Sequence record: SRR31156797_9628
Reading direction: 5' to 3' (one strand)
DNA length: 37,257 nucleotides
This document shows positions 16,654 to 24,930 of the stretch, one piece after another. A program made the position numbers and the translations under genes. The stretch's first letter is position 1. Every line of letters starts with the position of its first letter. The notes under the pieces were generated by a model. The model saw only the letters and a program-made list of their open reading frames with translations. It did no database searches and was not told where the DNA came from.

Positions 16654-17442
16654 ATGAAAACATATCAAACCATCGAATTTGAAGTAAAAGAAGATATTGG
16701 CATTGTGTGGCTCAACCGGCCAAAAATTCACAACGCCTTTAATGAAGTGATGATCTCGGAAGTGCTCGACATTTTTACCGAAGTTAACAAAATGGATGAG
16801 ATCAGAGTTGTAATGCTACGGGGTCGCGGCAAATCTTTCTGTGCCGGCGCAGACCTAAACTGGATGGGTGGTGTGGCCGGCTACACTTACGAGCAAAACT
16901 ACGCTGAAAGCCTCAACCTCTCCAAATGCTTTTATGCCATTTACAAGTGTGCCAAGCCCACCATGGCTGTGGTGCATGGAGCTGCTATCGGCGGAGCAAA
17001 CGGGTTACTGGCTGCCTGCGATTTTGCTTACGCTGACGATAACACCACTTTTTCACTGAGCGAAGTAAAAATCGGGATTGTGCCGGCATGCATCTCTCCC
17101 TATGTCACCAAAAGGGTAGGAGAGTATGGCTCAAAAGAGTTGATGCTGACAGGAAAACGCTTTAAGGGCCCTGAGGCTGAAAAACACAAGCTGGTCAACA
17201 AATCGCTTCCCCCGGAACTCCTCGAAGCACACCTCGACTCAGTAGTGAAGCTGCTCCGCACCAGCGGCCCAAAAGCCATGACCCACTGTAAAAATCTTAT
17301 TTACGAAATCTCAAACAAGCTAACCCTGGATGACGCCATCACATACACTGCCAAAATGATCGCCGAAATCCGCGCATCCGATGAAGGCCAGGAGGGCATG
17401 GATGCATTTCTGAATAAACGCAAACCGAATTGGGTGGAGTGA
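16654..17442 (+). CDS. liuC: Methylglutaconyl-CoA hydratase (crotonase family)
   Basis: LNRP..HNAFN, FCAGADL.WM, GAAIGGANGL.AACD, FSLSEVKIG.VPA.ISPYV, EGQEGM.AFL.KRKP.W. Adjacent to the MCC subunits. Confidence 0.88.
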   Translation: MKTYQTIEFEVKEDIGIVWLNRPKIHNAFNEVMISEVLDIFTEVNKMDEIRVVMLRGRGKSFCAGADLNWMGGVAGYTYEQNYAESLNLSKCFYAIYKCAKPTMAVVHGAAIGGANGLLAACDFAYADDNTTFSLSEVKIGIVPACISPYVTKRVGEYGSKELMLTGKRFKGPEAEKHKLVNKSLPPELLEAHLDSVVKLLRTSGPKAMTHCKNLIYEISNKLTLDDAITYTAKMIAEIRASDEGQEGMDAFLNKRKPNWVE

Positions 17443-17483
17443 TGGATATGACTGCTATGGATACAGGCTTTGGCGGGCATGAA

Positions 17484-17609
17484 AAGCCGCACGGCCGTGC
17501 GGCTTAAAAGGCAAGCAGGGTTGGGGTGACATACGAACGCGCGCAGCCGTGCGGCTCAGAAGGCACCGCAGGGTGGGAAGGGTATGTAAAGCCGCACGGC
17601 CGTGCGGCT
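17484..17609. repeat. Three REP-like GC-rich palindromes at ~52-53 bp period
   Basis: aagccgcacggccgtgcggctt 17484-17505 (perfect 22 bp), a degenerate copy at 17536-17557, and agccgcacggccgtgcggct 17590-17609 (perfect 20 bp). Confidence 0.85.
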
Positions 17610-17672
17610 CCGTATGCCAGCCTCCCCACAGGCCATAAAAACTATAAGAAAACATAAAATAAAACTTACTAC

Positions 17673-19685
17673 ATGTCAATGAAAAGCAGACTCTTCGATA
17701 AAATCCTCATCGCCAACCGGGGTGAAATTGCCATCCGCATTATGCGGGCAGCAAAAGCTTTGAACATCAGAACCGTCGCTGTTTATGCTGAGGTAGATAA
17801 AGACTCCTGGCATGTTTCCTTTGCCGATGAAGCCTATTGCCTTGGTGAACAGGAACTGGCCGACACCTACCTGAATGTTGATAAAATCATTGAAATAGCA
17901 AGAGATGCCGGGGCTGACGCAATCCATCCGGGTTACGGTTTTCTTTCGGAGAACCCAACACTGGTTGAAGCCTGCGAAAAAAGCGGGATCGTTTTCATTG
18001 GCCCGGATACCCGTGCAATTACCTTGATGGGAAACAAAATCGAATCCAGGGCTTTTGTGCAGGAGTTGAAAGTGCCCACTACCCAGGGCGTAACGGGTGA
18101 TGCCAAAAAGCTAATCGCTGAGGCTGAAAAGATTCCAATGCCAATTCTCGTTAAAGCAGCTGCAGGAGGCGGTGGAAAAGGCATGCGGATTGCCAGGGAT
18201 TTAAAGGATCTTCCTGAAATCATTGAAACCACCCAGCGTGAAGCCCTATCTTATTTTGGTGACGGAACCGTGTTTGTGGAAAAATACGTTGAAGAGCCCC
18301 GCCATATCGAAATACAGGTTATGGGCGACAAGCACGGAAATGCAGTTCATTTGTTTGAACGCGAATGTTCCATCCAGCGGCGTTATCAGAAAATAATTGA
18401 AGAATCTCCCTCCCCAACCTTAAACGATGAAGTTCGTCATAAAATGGGTGAAGCGGCAGTTAAAATTACTAAAGCTATCGGCTACAGCAATGCCGGAACC
18501 ATCGAATTTTTGGTGGATAAAAACCTGGATTTCTATTTCCTGGAGATGAATACCCGGATCCAGGTGGAGCATCCTGTTACCGAAATGGTTACCGGAGTTG
18601 ACCTGGTTCAGGAGCAAATCTCTGTTGCTGCAGGCAATCCTTTAAGCTTTGCCCAGGAAGATATCTTGCAAAGCGGCCATGCCATCGAGTGCAGGGTCTA
18701 TGCCGAGGATCCTGCCAACAACTTTTTGCCTTCTCCCGGGCAGATGATTTTTTACAGGGAGCCACACAATCACAGAGTTCGGATCGACGCATGCACAAAT
18801 AAGGCTGCAACAATCCATAGCTTTTACGATCCCATGATCGCAAAGGTTATTGTTTGGGAAAATGACCGCGAACACGCACGTCGGAAAATGATTGATGTGC
18901 TGAAAGATTACATCAGCCATGGCATAAAAACCAATATCAGGTTTCTGATCGAACTGCTTCAGGAGAAAAACTATATCGAAAATACAATTTCCACAAAATT
19001 TTGTGATGATCATCTGGATGAACTGGTAAAGGCTTCTGAAGAAAAGCGGGGAAATATCGTAAATGATGCCCCCATTACAGCTTATGTTTTGTACTATCTC
19101 AAGTTTAATGAAGATGCCGAAAAACCTGATATCTGGCACCAGATCGGATACTGGCGTGATGTGATTGAATTTAACCTGAAAATGGATGAGGATGATTACG
19201 ATGTGATTGTTTACCACCTGAATAAAAACCTTTCGCGCGTAATTATTGATGACCGCGAGTATGTTGTTGAAACCCCACATCTTACAAAAAACGAAGTCAC
19301 CATCAAATCAAAGGAAGGTATTTTCAGAGCTGTGATCTCGCATGATAGGTTGGGTAATGCTTTTGTGAGCGTTAATGGTCATATTTTCAACATTCATCGT
19401 GATGATTTGTTGATCAAAGAGGACGTGTACACCGGCATCGACAGTCCCGACGGAGGGGGAGACGGCCTGATTTTTACCCCAATGCCCGGTAAGGTAGTGA
19501 AGGTAAATGTGAAACCTGGTGATGATGTCACCAAAGGCGCAGTCCTTTTGATCGTTGAAGCCATGAAAATGGAAAACAACATCGTTGCCCCTCGGGAGGG
19601 TAAGATTGAAAAGGTGAATGTGAAGGCCGGCAAAATGGTTGATGGAAGTCAGCCGCTGATGGTCATGGCAGAAGGTGAGGGTTAA
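17673..19685 (+). CDS. liuD: 3-methylcrotonyl-CoA carboxylase, biotin carboxylase/biotin carrier (alpha) subunit
   Basis: ILIANRGEIA, HPGYGFLSEN, GGGGKGMR, RECSIQRRYQK, EMNTRIQVEH, and C-terminal biotinyl EAMKM. Start 17673 or 17679. Confidence 0.9.
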   Translation: MSMKSRLFDKILIANRGEIAIRIMRAAKALNIRTVAVYAEVDKDSWHVSFADEAYCLGEQELADTYLNVDKIIEIARDAGADAIHPGYGFLSENPTLVEACEKSGIVFIGPDTRAITLMGNKIESRAFVQELKVPTTQGVTGDAKKLIAEAEKIPMPILVKAAAGGGGKGMRIARDLKDLPEIIETTQREALSYFGDGTVFVEKYVEEPRHIEIQVMGDKHGNAVHLFERECSIQRRYQKIIEESPSPTLNDEVRHKMGEAAVKITKAIGYSNAGTIEFLVDKNLDFYFLEMNTRIQVEHPVTEMVTGVDLVQEQISVAAGNPLSFAQEDILQSGHAIECRVYAEDPANNFLPSPGQMIFYREPHNHRVRIDACTNKAATIHSFYDPMIAKVIVWENDREHARRKMIDVLKDYISHGIKTNIRFLIELLQEKNYIENTISTKFCDDHLDELVKASEEKRGNIVNDAPITAYVLYYLKFNEDAEKPDIWHQIGYWRDVIEFNLKMDEDDYDVIVYHLNKNLSRVIIDDREYVVETPHLTKNEVTIKSKEGIFRAVISHDRLGNAFVSVNGHIFNIHRDDLLIKEDVYTGIDSPDGGGDGLIFTPMPGKVVKVNVKPGDDVTKGAVLLIVEAMKMENNIVAPREGKIEKVNVKAGKMVDGSQPLMVMAEGEG

Positions 19686-19769
19686 TTTTTAATTGTGAAT
19701 AGAATAAGTACCCCAAAAAATAATAATTATCGAATACCTGGTAACAAATAACCAAAAACCTTATTAGAT

Positions 19770-20918
19770 ATGGACTTTGAATTAACAGATGATCAAAAAA
19801 TGATTCGCGAGGCTGTTCGCGATTTTGCCGAAAGAGAGATCCGGCCTGTAGCTCAGGAGCTGGACGAAAAGGCAGAGTTTTCCCCTGAACTCACCAGAAA
19901 AATGGGTGAGCTTGGATTATTCGGAATGTATCTCCCGGAAAAATATGGTGGTCAAGGCATGGATACACTGGCATATATCATTGCTGTGGAAGAAGTTTCA
20001 CGTGTTGATGGCAGCCAGGGAGCAACGCTTGCAGCGCACAATTCGCTGGGTATTGGCCCATTATACTATTATGGCACCGAAGCGCAAAAAATGAAATATC
20101 TCCCACAGCTTTGCACCGGCGAAGCACTTTGGGGATTTGGCCTCACCGAACCCAATGCCGGCTCCGATTCCAGGGGAACAAAAACCACTGCTGCAATTGA
20201 AGGAGACGAATGGGTGATCAACGGATCAAAAATTTTCATTACCAATGGTTCAGCAGATATTTCTGTTGGTTCAGCGGTTCAGGCCGTGACAAAAACACAT
20301 GACAACGGAAAAAAAGAATATACTACGATCATAGTTGAAAAGGATACACCGGGTTTTAAGCGGGTTTCGATGCATGGTAAAATGATGTGGCGGGCATCTG
20401 ATACTGCAGAATTGTATTTTGATGATTGCCGCGTGCCAAAAGAAAACCTGCTAGGCGAAGTGGGAAAGGGCTCAAAAATAATGCTTTCAACGCTGGATAA
20501 TGGCAGGCTTTCGATCGCAGCCATGGGGCTTGGAGCGGCCCAGGGGGCTTTTGATCTGGCTATGCAATATGCTCAGGAAAGACATCAGTTTGGTAAGCCC
20601 ATTTCGAAATTTCAGATCAATGCTTTCAAACTGGCCGATATGGCCACAAAAATCGAACATGCCCGTTGGTTCCTATACCGGGCCTGCTGGCTGAAAGACA
20701 ATAATAAACCCTTTGCAAAGGAAGCAGCCATGGCAAAACTGCATTGCTCAGAAATTGCCAGGGAAGTAGCTGATGAAGCAGTTCAGATTCACGGTGGATA
20801 CGGATTAATGAAGGATTATGATGTGGAAAGAATTTACCGCGACCAGCGCTTGCTCCAGATTGGTGAAGGAACCTCAGAAATACAGAGGTTGGTAATATCA
20901 CGACATTTGGGATTATAA
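19770..20918 (+). CDS. Acyl-CoA dehydrogenase, probably isovaleryl-CoA dehydrogenase function by context
   Basis: FGLTEPNAGSD, INGSKIFITNG, R.QFGKPI, AVQIHGGYG, QIGEGTSEIQR. Confidence 0.9.
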   Translation: MDFELTDDQKMIREAVRDFAEREIRPVAQELDEKAEFSPELTRKMGELGLFGMYLPEKYGGQGMDTLAYIIAVEEVSRVDGSQGATLAAHNSLGIGPLYYYGTEAQKMKYLPQLCTGEALWGFGLTEPNAGSDSRGTKTTAAIEGDEWVINGSKIFITNGSADISVGSAVQAVTKTHDNGKKEYTTIIVEKDTPGFKRVSMHGKMMWRASDTAELYFDDCRVPKENLLGEVGKGSKIMLSTLDNGRLSIAAMGLGAAQGAFDLAMQYAQERHQFGKPISKFQINAFKLADMATKIEHARWFLYRACWLKDNNKPFAKEAAMAKLHCSEIAREVADEAVQIHGGYGLMKDYDVERIYRDQRLLQIGEGTSEIQRLVISRHLGL

Positions 20919-20950
20919 AATCCCAACTAAACAAATTAAAAATTACAATT

Positions 20951-21142
20951 ATGGAAATTAAGAAAACTGAATGCACTGTATTTGACCAAGGCCCTTACAT
21001 GATTAAGGGAGATTTTAAAATGGTTGATGCAAAAGGCAATGAAATTCGTGTAGCCGATACAACATATTTATGTCGTTGTGGCCATTCCAAAAACAAACCA
21101 TTTTGCGATGGTATGCACAAAGAAGTAGATTTTAAAGGATAA
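20951..21142 (+). CDS. Small CDGSH-type iron-sulfur protein
   Basis: 63 aa; GPY.IKG beta-cap and LCRCGHSKNKPFCDGMH (Cys3-His [2Fe-2S] motif). It fills the intergenic gap in the operon orientation. Confidence 0.88.
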   Translation: MEIKKTECTVFDQGPYMIKGDFKMVDAKGNEIRVADTTYLCRCGHSKNKPFCDGMHKEVDFKG

Positions 21143-21181
21143 TTCAAACCAGTAGTTTTTTAAAACCTAATATCAAGAACA

Positions 21182-23122
21182 ATGGCTGAAAAAATGCTAT
21201 GGAAACCCAAACCTGATAAAGCGAAAAAATCACAGATGTGGGAGTTTCTTCAGCTGGTGCATAAAAAATATGATTTGGCTGCAGCAGATTACGCTCATCT
21301 GCATGCATGGAGTGTTAAAGCTCCCACGGAGTTTTGGGGTGAGTTCTGGAAATATGCTGGTGTAACACACGACAAAGAATTTGAGACTGTTGTGGATGAT
21401 GCCCATAAAATGCCCGGAGCCAAATGGTTCAAGGGGGCCAGACTAAATTATGCTGAAAACCTGCTGAAATACCGGGGCGGAAAAACAGCTATAATATTCA
21501 GTGGCGAAAATGGTACAGATCGACGGATTTCGAGGAATGAGTTGTACACTGAGGTTAAAAGAGTTGCTGATGGATTAAAAATGCTGGGTGTAAAAAAAGG
21601 TGATTGTGTGGCAGGATTTATGCCCAATATCCCGGAAACAGTAATTGCCATGTTGGCAACATCTTCCATCGGGGCGATCTGGTCATCCTCATCACCTGAT
21701 TTTGGGATCAAAGGGGTGCTCGACCGGTTTTCGCAGATCGAACCCAAGGTTGTTTTTTCGGCAGATGGCTATTTCTACAACGGAAAACAATTCGATTCGC
21801 AGGAGAAGCTCAAAGGAATTCTTGAGAAACTTCCTTCTGTTGAAAAAGTCGTGCTCATAAATTACTCTGGAAAAAGGGATATTACTAAAATTGACAAAGC
21901 TGTTGCCTGGGAAGGCTTCGGCAATGCCAATGCTCCCGAATTATCGTTTGAACAGCTTCCCTTCGATCACCCGCTTTACATCATGTATTCTTCCGGGACC
22001 ACTGGACTACCCAAAAGTATTGTTCATTCAGCCGGTGGTACGCTGATCCAGCACCTTAAAGAATTACGATTGCATTGCGACCTGACCGAAGAGGACACCA
22101 TTTTTTATTTTACCACCTGTGGCTGGATGATGTGGAACTGGGTGGTGAGCAGCCTTGCTGTTGGTTCAACGCTGGTGCTTTTTGATGGCAACCCTTTCCA
22201 TCCGTCTCCTGATGCCTTGCTAAAAATGGCTGATGAACTGGATATTACCATTTTTGGGACGAGCGCAAAATACATTGCATCACTGGAAGATGCTGAAGTT
22301 AAACCCAAAGAAATTTCATCATTTCCCAAACTCAAAGCCATCACAAGCACAGGCTCCCCACTATCCAACGAAAGCTTTGAATACGTTTACCGGGATTGGA
22401 AAGCTGATGTACAGCTTTCTTCAATAGCCGGAGGGACAGATATCATTTCCTGTTTTATTCTCGGAAATCCTTTGCTTCCGGTTTATCGGGGTGAAATACA
22501 ATGTGCCGGCCTGGGCATGGATGTTGATTGCTTTGATGACATGGGTAGGTCGATCCGGAATGAAAAGGGCGAATTGGTGTGCAAGACCGCTTTTCCTTCC
22601 ATGCCGGTTTACTTCTGGAATGACAAGGATGGGAAGAAATATCACAAAGCTTACTTTGAGGTCTATGATAACATTTGGCACCATGGCGATTATATTGTAA
22701 TGAGTAACTATGGTGGCGTTACCATGTATGGCCGTTCTGATGCCACACTCAACCCTGGCGGTGTAAGAATTGGTACGGCCGAAATTTACAATGTGGTTGA
22801 AAATATGGATGAGGTTGCAGATTCTGTGATTGTTGGGCAGCAGCATGATGGTGATGAAAGAGTGGTTTTATTTGTGAAGCTAAACCAGGGAATAACCCTG
22901 GGTGATGATCTGGTAAAGAAAATCAGGACAAATATCAGGAAGGGATGCAGCCCTCGACATGTTCCTGCTATCATCAAGGAAGTAACAGATGTTCCTTATA
23001 CCTTAAACGGAAAAAAAGTTGAAGTAGCTGTGAAGAAAATCATTCACGGGGAAGATGTGCTAAATCGCGATGCTTTGAAAAACCCGGAATCATTGGATCA
23101 GTTCGTTAGCATTTTGAAATAA
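21182..23122 (+). CDS. Acetoacetate--CoA ligase (acetoacetyl-CoA synthetase)
   Basis: WF.GARLNYAENLL, SPDFG..GVLDRF.QIEPK, YSSGTTGLPK.IVH, TTCGWMMWNW, GGTDIISCF, GRSDATLNPGGVRIGTAEIY, TLNGKKVE. Confidence 0.93.
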   Translation: MAEKMLWKPKPDKAKKSQMWEFLQLVHKKYDLAAADYAHLHAWSVKAPTEFWGEFWKYAGVTHDKEFETVVDDAHKMPGAKWFKGARLNYAENLLKYRGGKTAIIFSGENGTDRRISRNELYTEVKRVADGLKMLGVKKGDCVAGFMPNIPETVIAMLATSSIGAIWSSSSPDFGIKGVLDRFSQIEPKVVFSADGYFYNGKQFDSQEKLKGILEKLPSVEKVVLINYSGKRDITKIDKAVAWEGFGNANAPELSFEQLPFDHPLYIMYSSGTTGLPKSIVHSAGGTLIQHLKELRLHCDLTEEDTIFYFTTCGWMMWNWVVSSLAVGSTLVLFDGNPFHPSPDALLKMADELDITIFGTSAKYIASLEDAEVKPKEISSFPKLKAITSTGSPLSNESFEYVYRDWKADVQLSSIAGGTDIISCFILGNPLLPVYRGEIQCAGLGMDVDCFDDMGRSIRNEKGELVCKTAFPSMPVYFWNDKDGKKYHKAYFEVYDNIWHHGDYIVMSNYGGVTMYGRSDATLNPGGVRIGTAEIYNVVENMDEVADSVIVGQQHDGDERVVLFVKLNQGITLGDDLVKKIRTNIRKGCSPRHVPAIIKEVTDVPYTLNGKKVEVAVKKIIHGEDVLNRDALKNPESLDQFVSILK

Positions 23123-23204
23123 TTAACTATATTAGCTTGTTGAATTTTAGCTAATAGTTTAACATAATAAGGAGAATATAATCGTATTAATAAGACACTA
23201 ACCT

Positions 23205-24215
23205 ATGAAATATCCAAAAAAAGTTGTTGTTGGAGATATCACTGTGAGGGATGGCTTCCAACATGAAGAAATTTTTATTCCTACTCGGGCCAAACTTTGG
23301 CTTGCCGAGGAACTGCTGTTGGCAGGATTTAAGCATATCGAGGTAACCAATTTTGGAAATCCTAAGGGAATGCCCCAATTTGCCGATGCTGATGAGCTGT
23401 TTAAATTGATCAGGGCCAGTAAACGGGTTAAGCATTTACTGGATGATGCCATGCTTACAGCCATTACCATTCGTGAACGATCGGTACAGCGTGCCATCGA
23501 TGCCAAAATTGCAGGATACGGCCCCGACAGGATTTTGCTAATGGTATCTACCAGCGAATCACACCAAAAGAAAAATTCAGGTCTCACCATTGATGAATAC
23601 TGGAAGATGAGCGAAGAATGGGTGAAAAAAGCCCGCGATGCCGGCCTTGCTGTTAACGGAACGGTAAGCACAATTTGGGGCTGCCCAATTGAAGGCCCTA
23701 CCGAAATGAAAAAAGCTATTGAGTTTACAAAGCGTTGGTTTGATATTGGAGCAACAGATGTGGAGCATGCCGATCATGATGGATCAGCATCTCCGGATAG
23801 GGTTTATCGATATTTTTCTGACCTTCTTGATAATGTGGATAATCCTGAAAAACAAATCGCACACTTCCACACCACCCGAGGTTGGGGATTGGCAAATGTT
23901 TTAGCTGCGCTTCAGGCAGGCATGACAAACTATGAGGCTACTATGGGAGGCCTGGGCGGACAACCGGCAAATTTTGTAAGCGGCGTTCCGGTGCCCGGAA
24001 CTGGGGATTATTATTACAAAGATCCTTCGGATGTTGGGCTTGTTTCTACCGAAGACATGGTGGTTATGATGGATGAAATGGGCATCGAAACCAACCTGGA
24101 TATCGACAGAATTCTGGAGATTGGAAAAATGGTTGAAAAGATTGTTGGCCGGAAGCTACGCTCCGAGTCTATCAGGAATGGCCGAATACCAAAAGAAATG
24201 TCTGGACGTGCTTAA
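23205..24215 (+). CDS. HMG-CoA lyase family (DRE-TIM metallolyase) enzyme, probably the LiuE-equivalent step
   Basis: RDGFQHE, STSESHQKKN, STIWGCPIEG, metal-binding HFHTTRG, STEDMVVM. Last gene of the cluster. Lacks the GGCP cysteine. Confidence 0.8.
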   Translation: MKYPKKVVVGDITVRDGFQHEEIFIPTRAKLWLAEELLLAGFKHIEVTNFGNPKGMPQFADADELFKLIRASKRVKHLLDDAMLTAITIRERSVQRAIDAKIAGYGPDRILLMVSTSESHQKKNSGLTIDEYWKMSEEWVKKARDAGLAVNGTVSTIWGCPIEGPTEMKKAIEFTKRWFDIGATDVEHADHDGSASPDRVYRYFSDLLDNVDNPEKQIAHFHTTRGWGLANVLAALQAGMTNYEATMGGLGGQPANFVSGVPVPGTGDYYYKDPSDVGLVSTEDMVVMMDEMGIETNLDIDRILEIGKMVEKIVGRKLRSESIRNGRIPKEMSGRA

Positions 24216-24233
24216 GAGAATTCACACTAAAAT

Positions 24234-24270
24234 AAAATCCCCGGTTCGTCATTGAAACGGGGTTTTTTTT
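24234..24270. terminator. Probable bidirectional intrinsic terminator between convergent genes
   Basis: aaaatccccggttcg-tcat-tgaaacggggtttttttt: imperfect stem with A and T tracts on either side. Confidence 0.7.
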
Positions 24271-24893
24271 TACTTCCTGAGTTTATCATATTTAAAATGC
24301 TCTTCGCTAAATGGCAATGAATTTACATCTGACTTAAAGGCAAGCCAGTCAAGGATTTTAATGGCCAACTCCCGGTTCAGATTCATAATTTCATATTCAA
24401 ATACAACCTTTACCCTTGGAAATCCATCATCGAGAATTTTTTCTTTTTTACTGTCATCGGTTACGAGACGTGTCTTGGCCAGGTAATCATCCCTGATCTC
24501 GATTTCAGCAAAATTCATTTTTTTTGAGACATTAAAATGAACAGACCTGATATGTTTATAGTGCTGACGCTTAACAAAAGGAAATGAAGTGGTTTTTACG
24601 ATCTTATCCAGGCTCTCTGACGTTGAAGCAAAATAGAGGTGATTATCGAGTTTCGATTCTTTATTTTTGAAATCAATGACATTCCAGGGCAGTTTTTTCT
24701 CGTTGGGAAGGTTATTGGCACGTGAGCATAAATCGAAAAAAACGGCTATGAATTCCTCGTATGCTTTTTTGTTGGCTTTGTAGTTCTCCCTGATCCTGAA
24801 AATTTTATCCTGTACCTTCGCACTTTCGCGCGAAGGTTTCTCCCGCTTTCTTTGTTCTTCTCTTTCCGCTTCTTCTAACCAGTGTGACATCAA
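24270..24893 (-). CDS. Hypothetical cytoplasmic protein (charged, N-terminal helical region)
   Basis: 207-aa ORF 37 nt downstream of the buk-like gene on the same strand. No signal peptide or recognisable motif. Confidence 0.7.
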   Translation of the reverse strand: MMSHWLEEAEREEQRKREKPSRESAKVQDKIFRIRENYKANKKAYEEFIAVFFDLCSRANNLPNEKKLPWNVIDFKNKESKLDNHLYFASTSESLDKIVKTTSFPFVKRQHYKHIRSVHFNVSKKMNFAEIEIRDDYLAKTRLVTDDSKKEKILDDGFPRVKVVFEYEIMNLNRELAIKILDWLAFKSDVNSLPFSEEHFKYDKLRK

Positions 24894-24930
24894 TAGTATT
24901 TTTGTAGATTATTATAGATCGAAAAATAAA

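Noticed and set aside
17484-17609. CRISPR mini-array (palindromic repeats with ~30-nt spacers)
   Set aside because: Only three units, one degenerate; the spacers resemble each other; no leader and no cas genes. Fits a REP/BIME tandem better.
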